In this document: positions 11,284 to 23,362 of the stretch, in pieces
How the letters are laid out: every line of letters begins with the position of its first letter
How positions within the stretch are numbered: position 1 is the first letter of the stretch
From: Coniocarpon cinnabarinum
Taxonomy: Eukaryota
Assembly (NCBI GenBank): GCA_051942205.1
Contig: JAVECO010000022.1
Coordinates: forward strand, 124,001 to 170,651
Direction: 5' to 3'
Length of the DNA: 46,651 nt
Notes under the pieces: model-generated
What the model saw: only the letters and a program-made list of their open reading frames with translations
Databases searched by the model: none
What the model was told of the DNA's origin: nothing
Position numbers and translations under genes: made by a program

Positions 11284-13305
11284 CTATAGAAGACTTGCAC
11301 CAAGTAAGCTTATCCTAAGCAGCCAGGCTGGCCACCACAACAGATATATTGCCATACTCGTCCACGTCCCGTTCACATGCCACGCGAGCGCCACCTGCTG
11401 CAAGATCGACTCAGGCAGACTACGACCCATTCGGTAGAGCGTATTGTCGAGCAGACCGAACAAACTCTCTGGACAGGTCAGGAGCAGTATCGCTAGTCCC
11501 AAAGTAGTCAATGGGTTCTTGCGCAGATTGGTAAAGGATGAAGACGTTGTGTCTGGTTTTGACGTAGCCCCTGGTAGGATAAACGCCAGGGGGGAAGCAC
11601 CGAGTCCAACAAGCAGGCCGAGACTGAAGTTGATGGTCGATAAGGTGGCTAGCGCAACACCGAGGAGGACGAGCGAGAAGCAGGCGACCAGTGTCCGTTG
11701 CTGCGAAGTCCGGCAGGTCGTATGTATCATAAAAGTCATAGCGATCATTGCTGCGGAGGAGAAAAGGGCCATAGACGCGAGTTGCCGGGTGATTGGATGC
11801 GCTATTGGAACAAGAGAAGGGAGAGTCGCATAGTTGTTCAGAAGGAAGAATGGGACAAGTCCGATCAGATGAGCCAGCACAACCAGAGCAATTGGTGCAG
11901 CGACCGCGCGCTCTTCCGCTTGAAGCATCTCTACTGGCATGACCGTTACGTTGCCTTTGTATTGCAAAGTCAACGGCTCATCTTGAGGCTTCTCGCCTTT
12001 GGCCACGCTTTCTGCTCTTTCGCGGTTGATCTGGCGAAGCACTGGGTCGCTAGGCGCAGGCATCTCGCCGTCTGCGGGCTTGCCGCTTCGGTTCCACAGT
12101 GCCAGGCCCATGATCGTGAAGCTGGCCGCTACTAGCATGGCGCTGGGAAGGTATGTCCCAATGCTCACAAACCGGTCCGATCCTAGTAGCAAGTAGAAAA
12201 AGAAGGACTGATGCAGTTTCTCGAGGAGGTTGTTGATAGATCGAAAACTGGACTCTACCACCATGCCCAAACTCATCTCGTCATGCCATCCGTCTCCGAC
12301 TGTCTGCAAGGTCACAGCATCTATGTGATAAGACATGAAGGCACTGTGAGGCCCAGTGACTGCGCCAGTCCCTTGAGAGAGAATGCCGCAGAAGATTGTG
12401 GCAAGCCGATCGAAATAGCTGTCAGTGTGTGAATGCATCCCCTGGATGGAGGAAGTGATTCCAACTTGATTACTTGCGACGGTGGAGATCGTATTGAGTA
12501 AGTCCAGATTTGGAAGAGCTCCATTCACGCCATCGTAGTGGACATGCAGCTTGTCAAAGCGGTGGCCAGCAGGACTGGCAGCGTAGTCAAGCGCGACGGC
12601 GGCTTGGATTGCGCCGGCTTTGAGGGTTAGCGGAGCAGTTGAGGCTAGATCATGGAGCTCGTGGTACGCGGAGACCCAGGCCTGAGGTCCTGCCTTGCTG
12701 TCGGAGGTGATTACGAAGAGGATGTCCTTGGACCATAGCGACCACCGCTTGAAATATCGAGCCATCGTGAGCACAAGCGCGACCCCCGAGTAGTTGATCT
12801 CATTGTTCATGTTGTGCAAGCTAGCCATGAGGACCATCGCCTCGGTGGCATCGGCCCGCGGACCTTCGAGAAGAGCGTAGGCATTATCTCCTGCTATCGA
12901 CGTGTCTCCGTATGTGAAATTGTACGGTTGTCGAGCGGTCTTGAAGCCTTGTGACAAGAAGATTCTCTCAATTTCTGCAGCAGCTCGAGACGCATCATGG
13001 GCGGCTAAACCATTCACTTCATGTCTGTACGCTCGGAACACTTCATGCTCGGAACCGCCAAAGTACGTGTGAACCTGACCAGGCAGAAGCGCATTTTCGG
13101 AAATGTAAGTATGGCGATTGTACTCATCGAGTGGCAATAAGAACAGCCAGCCGACCCCGGCGAGAATCAGCAAAGCTGCTATAAAGCGAGCTGCGCGGAG
13201 CACATTGGTATCGCGGCGGGCAAGCGCCAGAAAGAGTGCTATACTCCTAGTTAGTGAGGGAGGCACAATTGGGTAGGCGATCACTCAACTGAGGAGCTTA
13301 GGCAT
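11284..13305 (-). CDS. GAA1: GPI transamidase subunit Gaa1
   Basis: TYISENALLPG, PRADATEA, WSKDI, NGALPNLDL, NNLLEKLHQSFFFY and RFVSIGTYLP motifs, then multiple TM helices. A probable short first exon starts at ATG 13305 (start uncertain). Confidence 0.95.
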
Positions 13306-13620
13306 CCTGCACGAGCTACACACTCTTCCAGTACAGATGTAGCATCTTTCGCCGTATTGAAGTACTCCTTGTGCACGAGCTCCGCCGCAAATTTGTTGAT
13401 AGCGAAGCTGAGGAGCAACGAGATGTCCACTGTGATCGTTCGAGGCTTAGAGACGTGCCAAGACATGGTTCCGCGGAAGGTGTTCACCTATTACCCCCAT
13501 TCGTCTTCTCTCATAGCTGCTAAGTGAGGTTGCAACGTCCGACAACGAGGCCAGACGGTCAAAATTGCAGCATGAGAGCGTGAAGGAACCTAGAAGTCGT
13601 CTCCTCCAACATTCCACACC

Positions 13621-14609
13621 ATGCCTCCCTCCTCCAACGTCGTCCGCTTTACTCCTGCTCGAGCCAGATCCATCATCAACCGCTCGCCCTTCTTTACACG
13701 CATTATTCTGGGAGCAGCAACCTTTCTGTACATTCTCAGCTTCGTTTATCCCGAATTGCCTCGCTCCGCAGCCTTGATACCCTCGGAAGTGTCTCTTCTC
13801 AAGAGTGCGTACATTCACCAAAAGGAGGAGCTTCGAATGAATTGGACAGTTGACATTGCTTGGGACAGACTACAGATTGAACACTTTCCCTTTCGTCCAT
13901 GCCGGAATCATTCAAACGATCACCAGTCTTGTTGCGCTTGTTCCGCTGTTGGAAAGATTCGAGTCTGAGCATGGCACCCTTGTATCTGTCGCTCTGTTCA
14001 TTGGGCGTACGTCACTCTCATGGGGCGCTCGAGTTTATAGTATAGGTTGGCTAAACTGCTCACAGCATTTGCCACCTTCCCGGGCATACTGTACATTTTG
14101 ATCGACCATGTTCTCTTCAGGAGCAACGACACAGTTCTTGGAGCTAGGTGATTATCAGGATCACCTCACCTTTGAATTGCTTTGCTAACAGCTTACACAG
14201 TATCTGGGTGTTCCTTCTCCTCGCATGCGAGACCGTCAAACAGTACAAAGCTAATCCCACGTTCGCTCTTGGTCCCTACCGGATTCCTACCTGGACGTTC
14301 GCCATCATCGCCATCTTGGTGTTGAACTTTCTCATACCGCACACGTCCCTGCTTGCGCATCTCTGCGGATGCAGCATTGGGTATGGTTTTGAGCTTGGCT
14401 TCCTGAAGTTTCTGATACCTCCAGAGCGAGTCTTGAGATTTGTTGAAGGAAGACTCAATCTGCTAGCACGTTTCCCCAAATACGTGAGCGTCGATCAGAA
14501 GACATTCGGTCGATACGGTGTCTTGGACGGGCGTATTGAAGAAGGAACCAGTGGTGCAGCCACAGCGCGAAACTACGTGATGTCCAGCCAAAGATTGAAC
14601 CAAGAGTGA
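13621..14609 (+). CDS. RBD2: Rhomboid-like protein Rbd2 (multi-exon)
   Basis: YRLNTFPFVH, PLLERFESEHGTL, VLGAS/IWVF, TSLLAHLCG and ARFPKYVSVDQKTFGRYGVL motifs across exons separated by GT-AG introns. Confidence 0.87.
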
Positions 14610-14741
14610 GCGATCATCATCTGTCGAGCTTGACTTGTTGAGAAAGATGATACCAGCTCCTTGTAGTCTTATTAGGGCACAGTATATGTCTGCGACTCAT
14701 GGCAGCAAACATCGGTCCCGAGGAGCACTTTCTCACTCAAG

Positions 14742-15636
14742 TTACAAACGCGAGGGCCCTGTCGAGGTACGACAAGCTTTACCCAAATGAGGAGGAACCT
14801 CAACAACGATGCCTTCTTTGCCGGGCCGTTGAGGATTGAGGTGGATCTCTTCACAGTCCTCGCCTGCGACCCCATTGGCATATTGCCAGACGACGAAATT
14901 AATGGAATTTCCACCAAGCACAATCATTGGTGCATGCCTGCATTGGGGGTAAGCATGATGGAGCATTTAAACAAAAGCCTCGGCAATGCCAATTTACTGA
15001 CCAAGTACCTGCAGCATATGTGACCGCCTGATCACCTTGGGCCACAAAAGCGCGCAGATTTGACAAGTCTGGTAGACCGATACCTTGCATCTGAGCGCTG
15101 TAAGAGAATTCGAGAGGCATTTGTGCCTCGCCATTTGCAATTGTTGGAGCGACCACAACTACGTAACGAGTGGTCTGATCAGATGAAGAGAGATCCATCG
15201 GGACGAAGGTCTGAGATGAAAAAGGATGTCTTTCAAGAATCGGCACTTCAAAGACTCGTGGAGCAGCACTCAAAGTAGACTCAGCATCAGGTCGGCCTTC
15301 ATCTTTGCTAGACCGGTGTGCAGAAGAACGAAGTGACGCGGCTTCAGTCTTGATTGTCTTTACGTCTCTAGGCATGCAGTGAAAGAGGCTAACACTCGGA
15401 CGCGCCTTGACTCGACTCGGTGCAGATTCATCATAAAAATTCGTGAGATTAGTCACATTGGCCCATTTGAATGCTGAGCCCTGATTTGCCGTCGTGCACC
15501 GCGAGTTGTTTAACATGTACTCCTCAGAAGCGTCCGTAGGAGGGCATTGAATCACTGTGCCAAACGAGCTGAATGTGGATTGCTCAAGACTCTCGAGCGG
15601 TACGTGTAGGGTAGGACACTTCACCTCGACAGGCAT
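14742..15636 (-). CDS. DAL3: Ureidoglycolate lyase/hydrolase
   Basis: ANQGSA, ILERHPFSSQTFVPM and QAVTYAAGTW|HAPMIVL (one intron ~14938-15001), FVVWQYANGVAGEDCEE. Confidence 0.92.
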
Positions 15637-15931
15637 TCTCAAATCCGCACATATGTCGGTCCATACAACTCAAATGCCTTAATTGAGTTAAATAGATGAA
15701 AGCACGAGAGCTCTTCAGCTCTAAAGAACCAACACGCCGGTCGGAAGACTCGGAGGTCCAACATTTCGGGCCGAGCGTCCAGGGGTCGCGTCTCTTGTCT
15801 TTTGATCGTCGTGAAGAGTATCGTATGTGCTCGGTGCTAATAATCGACAACGTCGCTCTCTGTTCGGCCAACATGCACATGCCTTTACTTTAACATTCAT
15901 TCACTCATTCATCTGCAAGCTTCACACCGTC

Positions 15932-18900
15932 ATGGCTCCCAAGGGTCGTGACGGGGACGTTGTCTTGTCCTTTTCTGCCAAACATGTTTCGGTCGCGCAT
16001 ACAATTGCTGCTTACGCCGCATTTGTCGGCGCATTTGTGGTGGGAGTGTGAGCTCTTTATGAATGAATAACTCGAGGCGGGAGGCCTTGCTGATATGTAG
16101 AAGGTGGTTACATTACACGAAGATTGTCGAGAATGAGCATTATGTATGTCAGCCACCAGAACAGTGCGGACGAAATTGGAAGCATGCTCTGACTCCATCA
16201 AGGGCTACCCCGATGAGTGGTTTCCTTCAGTATCAGCTACCATTGGCGATCGATACCCGGAGCGATCCGTCTTCATGGTGTTCATCGCCATAACGTCTGG
16301 GCCCAGGTTCGCGCTCGTTGGTCTCTGGTATCTCCTTACTCGAAAAGAGGGAGCGACGTTGCCGAAGGTAATAGCTGGGGTTGGTCTATTCCGGACTTTG
16401 ACATGCGGCGGCTGGACATATGTCACATCTACGGATGATCACGATTGGCACGACATTTTCATGATATCGTACTTGGTCGCGACCCTTCCTTGGACCCTGG
16501 GTTGCCTTGCACTCAGTCCTCCAAATCCTCGGGCGATACAGTATCGCAAAGCCTTCGCCGGCACATTCTTCGCAACCATTGTCCCGTTGATCTATTTCTT
16601 CATCCAACACAAAGTGCATAAGATCGCTGGAGGTATGAGGAGCAAAGCCAAGTTCTGGGATGCGACTGACACGCTTTAGCATACACAACCTACGCCTTCT
16701 TCGAGTGGTCATTAGTGCTCCTGGACGTAGCGTTTGATGCCGTCACATTCATGGACTTTCTCTCGCTTGAAGTTATCATTCGTGATGTCACAGGCCTAAG
16801 CAGAGGGTATGTGCAATGGCTGCCAAAGTAGAGTGCGTGACGACGCGATGGCTGCTAGACCAATGACTGACTGCATTGAAGTCCAAGCAATCAGCCGGGT
16901 GTAGCTGATCGGGTTCTAGAGAAGCAGTAAGTAGCTTTAGAACCCCCGCCCAATCCACCATGCTGATGTACGGTTTGTTAGTCGCGAGCAGGAGGCGGCG
17001 ACTGTCTTTGGGCATGGCTTCTCCTGGAATGAGGCTCTTGATGCCATCGCAGATATCTACAACGGTGTAAGCGATTTCCATGTATTCTCGAGGTAGCACC
17101 GCTGATTTAGGCGTGCAGTACGTCTTCTGGTCCATGTTGACCTCCTTGGGGCTGCTTGTGTGGTGTATGAAACTTCTTTGACCAATCGTCGAGGATCGTC
17201 TCGCTGACCTTCCACAGACTTTCCGCTATGGCACATGGGCATCTCGGGATACGAAGCATTTGTCCTCTCGACCATGGGACCAGTCCTACTCGGCATACCG
17301 GCTATTCGACGCCTGGTGATAAAGAACCTGCGTTACACTCATCTTTTGTCTCTCTGCGGAGTGTTATCCTGGCTTGTTCCACCACCAGAACTTCGACTAT
17401 TGACGGTCGGCATAGGCCTATGGATGGCTTGCCTCTCTTGGACAGCCACATTCTACGCCGAGCGATCTCAACCTCATCGTCTGGAGGCGCGAGCGACGGC
17501 ATTTGGGAGTGGACTCATTCTCTCGAGCATCGCCAAGTTTGCGTTTCAGACCAACAACCCGCTATGGCCCGTGGTGCGCTCGCAAGATGGCGGGTGGCAC
17601 AAATTAGGGACGGCACTCGCTGTGGCAGCTATTCTGCGCTCCACAAGAAACCTGAACCACGGCGCTCTCGATGTTCCACAGCCTGGTAGCAATCGAGGTT
17701 CGGCCGTACTATCAGGTCTTGGTATTTCAGGGGTTCTATTCGCCATGCACGCGCTTCTATCTGATTCTAGCACCATGATTCTGTGGACCTGGACCGGCTG
17801 GCCTGTGAAAGGACCGATCTCTGTTCCCCATGGTGCTTATACCATCTTCACGATGTCTGCTGGTGTGGTCTTTGGACTCTTCTACCCAACCTTGTCTCGA
17901 AGCTGGTCGGCGTTCGGCGTCGGTGCGGTTGGCGCCGCTCTGATCGTCAAATTCAACAACTGGCTGGGCTTCTATGGTGGTCTGATCCTGGCATTCTATG
18001 TTCTAGCAGTTGCGCCCTCGCTCATCTCATCAGCCGTTCGAACAGGTCCAGCCAAGACATTTGGTGTTGGATTCTTTGGCTACAACTTCATGGTTTTCTT
18101 CTCTGTGTGGGTCGTGGCGTATGCGTTTGTCCCTGGTGGTCCGGCTGTCCGCGAGCGTACTGACTGGGTGATCACTTCCATGATGGCGATGATCGGCGCT
18201 GGCGTGTTCAGCGCCAACTCGAACAATCCTACAGGCTCTAAGCGGGCACACAAGCCACCCAATCCAGCTGCCAAACGCCTGCGCTCGTATTACATTTATG
18301 CACTCTTTGCTATGCAGCTGCTTGCTGCCAGTGTCGCTTATCTGCGTTTCCCTTCATATGACTACACTCCAGCACATCCCGAATCTAACCTGGTCACCGC
18401 TGGCATATGGACGATTCACTTCTACCTCGACAACCCGATGTGGGACTCGGCGCGCCGCATGCGCGATCTCATTAAAGAACTTGAGATCGATGTTCTTGGT
18501 TTGCTAGAATCAGATACTCAGCGTATCATCATGGGTAATCGTGACCCCACACAGTTCCTTGCTGAAGACCTCGGCATGTATGTCGACTACGGCCCTGGTC
18601 CTGACAAACACACCTGGGGCGCAGCTTTGTTGTCGAAGTTTCCAATCTTACACAGCGAGCATCACCTGCTACCCAGCCCGGTCGGCGAGCTGGCACCAGC
18701 CATCAAAGCCACAATCGATGCCTACGGTACGGAAGTCGACGTCTTCGTTTTTCACTCCGGTCAAGAAGAAGACGTCGAAGATCGGCGCCTGCAATCCGAA
18801 TACCTGATGGATCTGATGGGCAAGTCGGCCAATCGACCCGCCGTGCTTCTCTCATACCTGGACGTGAAGCCAGGCGAGGGCAACTACAATAATTACGTCA

Positions 18901-19239
18901 GCAACACCTCCGGCATGAAAGACATTGATCCCAGCGACTGGGACCGGTGGTGCGAATACATTTTGTACAAGAACATGCATCGAACGGCGTATGCACGCGT
19001 CAGCAGAGACAGCATCACGGATACGGAGTTGCAAGTTGGTAAGTTTGTGGTGGGCCAGCCTGCTGGTGGGAATGAGTTGGTGGGCGAGGAGTATTATCCC
19101 GAAGCGATGAGGTTCCCGAGTATGTTCAGAGGGACGGGGCAGAGAGGACATCGGTATCATGTCTTTGACGAGCCGAGGTGAGTGATATGCTTCGTGTGCT
19201 TTTGATCGTTTTGCTGACTGTTGCAGGTACTACGCTTGA
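15932..19239 (+). CDS. CWH43: Cwh43 / PGAP2-interacting GPI lipid remodelling protein (Frag1 domain + EEP-fold domain), many introns
   Basis: GYPDEWFPSVSATIGDRYPERSVF, PLWHMGISGYE, GIWTIHF, GLLESD, YGPGPDKHTWG, HSGQEED and DWDRWCEYI motifs. Last intron ~19178-19226 precedes YYA*. Confidence 0.96.
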
Positions 19240-20631
19240 GCGATGTCTCGAGTCGATCGTGCATAAGATTAGCGTTTCAGCTCTAGCGATCTTATATGTG
19301 TTTTAGTAGCTGCATACAGAATATGTAATATAACAGGACGATCGAGGATTTCGCTTCTTTGGCGTCCTTGCTGCTTTCCTGCGCTGATATGCTTTCCCCG
19401 TGCTAGATACTTGACATGAGAAACACGAATACATATCAAGTGCGGTCTCATCTCGCAGCAGGAATGAAATCATAGCGTTGTGGCATATCCAGAAAGAAAC
19501 GAACTCGAGCAAGTATCCATTGCGAGTATTTTCACAAATATGTACATATCACGTTACTAACCAGTGATCGTCCCTTCGTTTTTCCCCCTGCATCTTCCTC
19601 CCCTGCAGCCTGGCAAGGAAAACGATCTCCACCACATCCATCTCCAAGACGATTCACGCGAAAGACAAGCCAAGTAGCGACGCCCTCGCCCCGGCAACTG
19701 AAGTAAGCGGCAGCACACGTCACCGGTCAAGCACCGCTCTTCAGCTTTCACCGTCTTGGGTCCACAAGGCCTTACACCCGTTCACTTCGATGTAGCTCCA
19801 CTTGCGTAGATGCAGAACCAGCACAAGTAGGAACACATATTAGGAACGCATCTCAGGAGCGAAAAGTGACAAGTCGGTAACGTGGGTAGTGCAACGTAAG
19901 TGGCGTTGAAGGCTTCGCTATTAGCGCTTAGGGGCGTCTCGCAGAGACATTCCTTATGTTGAGATTACATCATGTTAAGTACATGAAATGGCTTAGACTC
20001 GGGCTGTGCGTGAGTCTAAGCATAGCTAGGCTAATGTATAGATGATCTTGGAGTTGATTTCAGAGGATGCGTGATACAGAATTATATACTAAGACATGTG
20101 TACGACTTTGTGCTGAGGCGACGTAAATGACATGTGGTCGCATGTTATGATAATATGGGATTTACACCCTTTGTTACCCATTTGATGAGGAGCGGTCTCA
20201 GTGATGTCGGTTGCTGAGCAGGGTCTCAAAATGCACCAACCTTTTGTAAAGTCACGAATGGAGAGAAGCTGTTGCAATCGAGGACCTGGAAGGGAATGGA
20301 GGATACGTACGTATTTGGAAACGTTGTCGTGGATGGCTTTTCATCGCTACTTCTTATTGCTGTTAGGGCACCGGGGGTATGTGAGTATATGAAGTTGAGG
20401 AAGCGACGGTACTTGTTCTTTAGTGTGAAGGGTTCACGTCCTGAAGCAATGATATTCGCTGTGTCGTGATCATTCGAGATCACTCAAGGACATGGACAGT
20501 TCGACATCAATCAAGGGCATGGACAGCTCAACGAGTGACAAAAGACGGCATACCCCAATTTGCAAACGAACAAATAAATCAAAACAACCATCTCGACCAT
20601 CATTAAATACCCTCCCAGCCGTTTCGAAACC

Positions 20632-22044
20632 TCATCCCACCGCCTTCCCCACCATCGCATTCGCATGCCCCGTCGCCAAATCCCCAAAATCACTCGCACC
20701 AACTTGTACACTGTACTGATCCTCCTTCCCCTCGTCAAGGGCAGAATCCGCAAACTGCCAATACAAATCCATCGCCACATTGCTTTTCAGCACCGTCGCC
20801 TGCCAGCCCTCCTCCGCAGATGCATCCACCTCTCCCCCCACCACGGCCCCGTATTCTTCCAATACAACGGGTTTCCCTACGCGTGCACCAATGGCATCAT
20901 GGTCCGTGATCCACGTATTGCCCCATTCCAAACTCTCACTCCACGCATCGGGGTACAAATGAAAAGTCCCAAAATCGAGCGTCGCTATGCCCAGGTTTTT
21001 CTCAAAGTCAACGCCGTTGGTGCATTGGTAAGGATAACTCCCATCGCCGCCCGCGCACAACCATCCCTCATCTCCCAACGCGACGAGATGGGCCGGATCC
21101 AGACTCTTGATGTGCGCCGAGACGGTGGCGGCCCAGTCGTGGATGATGTTGGTGTCGCAGCCGGGACAGCGGGGCTCGTTGCACAACTCCCAGGCGAAGA
21201 TGGCGGGGGAGTTTCGGTAGCGGGTGATGACTGTTTCGGTCCAGTTGAGGTAGGCGGCTTGGGCAGGTTCGCTCGTCCAGAATGTGGTGCTGTCGCAGTT
21301 GAAGACGGTGCAGTAGGCGTTTACGCCGCCGAAGTCGGGGTTCCCGTTTAGTAGAGGTAAAATGAGTTGGAGGCCGTGGCGCTCGGCGGATTGGATTGCG
21401 TAGTCCAGATGGGTGATGCCTTTGGAGATTAGCATGGTACATATTAACATTTCACACATTAATAAGCTACACGTCAACACATCATCAAATAATGCGCCAC
21501 ACATCGAGACGCTGCACATCGATGCCGCCAAAAGCAGAGAAGAAAAAAGGATAGAAAAGAGAGAAGCGGTATCTTGGAGACATTTGACGTACCATTGGGA
21601 CCCTCATTCAACTTAGTCTTATTCCCCGACAAATCCGCAGAAATCTGCTGAAAATAAATATCGTCACTTGGAGTATTAACGTCGCTGAATGCCCAGACAC
21701 GGACGACGAAGGCTTTAGAGGCGGCGATCTCGGCCATGGCTGCGTCGACGTTTGCGTTGGATTGGAGGAGACTGAGCCAGTAGGCGTTTGTGCCTATCAA
21801 TTTGTTTAGTAAGGATGGTTTGTTGAAATATAAATAGAGTGTCGAGGAGAGAGGGGAGAGTGTCTGACAGAAAGGGTGATTGGGAGAAGAGGGTTGGAGG
21901 GGGTTAGTTAGGCGTACCAGCTAGGTATTTGGGAGCGCCATTGTAGACGAAGTTGCGACCTTGGGTGGTTGTTGCGGCTCTTGCTATGGACGTAAAGGAG
22001 AGGATAGTGGTGAGAAGTGTCGTCAGGGAATACTTCAGGTACAT
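20632..22044 (-). CDS. Secreted GH5 subfamily 7 endo-beta-1,4-mannanase (3 exons, no CBM1)
   Basis: Signal peptide MYLKYSLTTLLTTILSFTSIARA; AGTNAYW, VRVWAF, WELCNEPR (acid/base), TFHLYP, VLEEYG (nucleophile), LYWQ. Introns at 21794-21917 and 21420-21592. Confidence 0.93.
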
Positions 22045-23362
22045 GATGAGAGATCTTTCACGAGACTGGATTGCTTTGTTCAGAGGAGGATGATTGTGCA
22101 CAAGAAGACCAGAATGTAAGAGCAGGAAAAAGGAAACGTCTTTATAGATCTCCAAGTAGACTGGCTTCTAGACTTCGCTATACCGTCGTTGCCCGTGAGC
22201 AGTCTTCGAAGCCTACTCAGGAACCAGCACAATGTCTGACTAAGGCTTTTTTCAACGAGCCTGACTGACTGTGGAGCACCTTGCCGTCCACAGACATTGG
22301 TGATTGCCATCTCAATGAGCCAGCTCCTGACTGGACATATAGAGCGGCTCGGATGTTATTGGCTACGAGGCATCTTGAATAGACTTTATAGGGCGCTTGT
22401 CATGTTACTTGCTTCTTCCAGACTTGACGTGGAGCAGCCGAGTTGAGAGGGACTCTAGTATGGCTGTCTAGGCCTGAGTTTGACTCAATGGCACTCCACT
22501 AAGCAAATTCATAATGATACGGCGGGTCAGATAACGAGACTTGAATCAGCTATGTCCTTGGGGAAAGGCTCGACCATCCAAACGCAATGCTACAGACGAC
22601 AAGGAGAGTAAGGAGACAAAGTAGATCTTTCTAGCTACATCGCCATGACTTGCCGCTTTTCTTTAATCTCTCGGCTCTTGTCAGTGTAGTCAAGTATACT
22701 CGTCTCCTGAAACCAGAGCCGGTATCCAAGCATCGCCACAACAATCCGCAACTCGAATAATGGCAACAGCGACGGTAGCATCAACAGGCCGACAAATCGT
22801 TCATGACGACTCCAACAACAGCACAAAAAGCACCACACTTTCTCAAAAATATGCTCAAATTGGAAGTACCGAGACACGGCTCAGAGTGATGCGCGCACGT
22901 CTTGAATGACTTACACACGGAGCACATGTCTCTTTAGGATGTCTGCGAAGGCGTTTTGCACGGTCTGTTTCAGCGTAAGTTCTGACCTCGGGACGGGAAC
23001 GCGTCATGATTATGCAATGTCATGGCTGCATTTGTTCATCGTTTACCGAGACAAGGAAAACGGCATGCTGGACATTTGAGGCAAGTATTTAGAGGTCGCG
23101 GGTGCGGCGTCGTCCTCAAACACGCTTGATCTGCTTCGGGCCACCATCACGTGTTACGCACCGTTAATTCGTGCACAAGAAAGGTCATGGAGAGCCTATT
23201 CATGTATGCAACATGACAGTAGACTAGTGATGCATACTAGTACAATGCATTTCAAAATGTCTACGATATACACACACGAATCGAACGCATTCCGTTTTGG
23301 TTGCTAATGCCGTGATACTCCATCCATGCACAGCTCGGGCTGATGCACTATGCTCGAGTCAT

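Noticed and set aside
20484..20535. 27-bp imperfect duplication (tcaaggRcatggacagYtc)
   Set aside because: Two copies only, near the mannanase 3' end; likely replication slippage.
20665..21351. 228-aa antisense ORF over the mannanase
   Set aside because: Shadow ORF caused by codon bias of the real gene.
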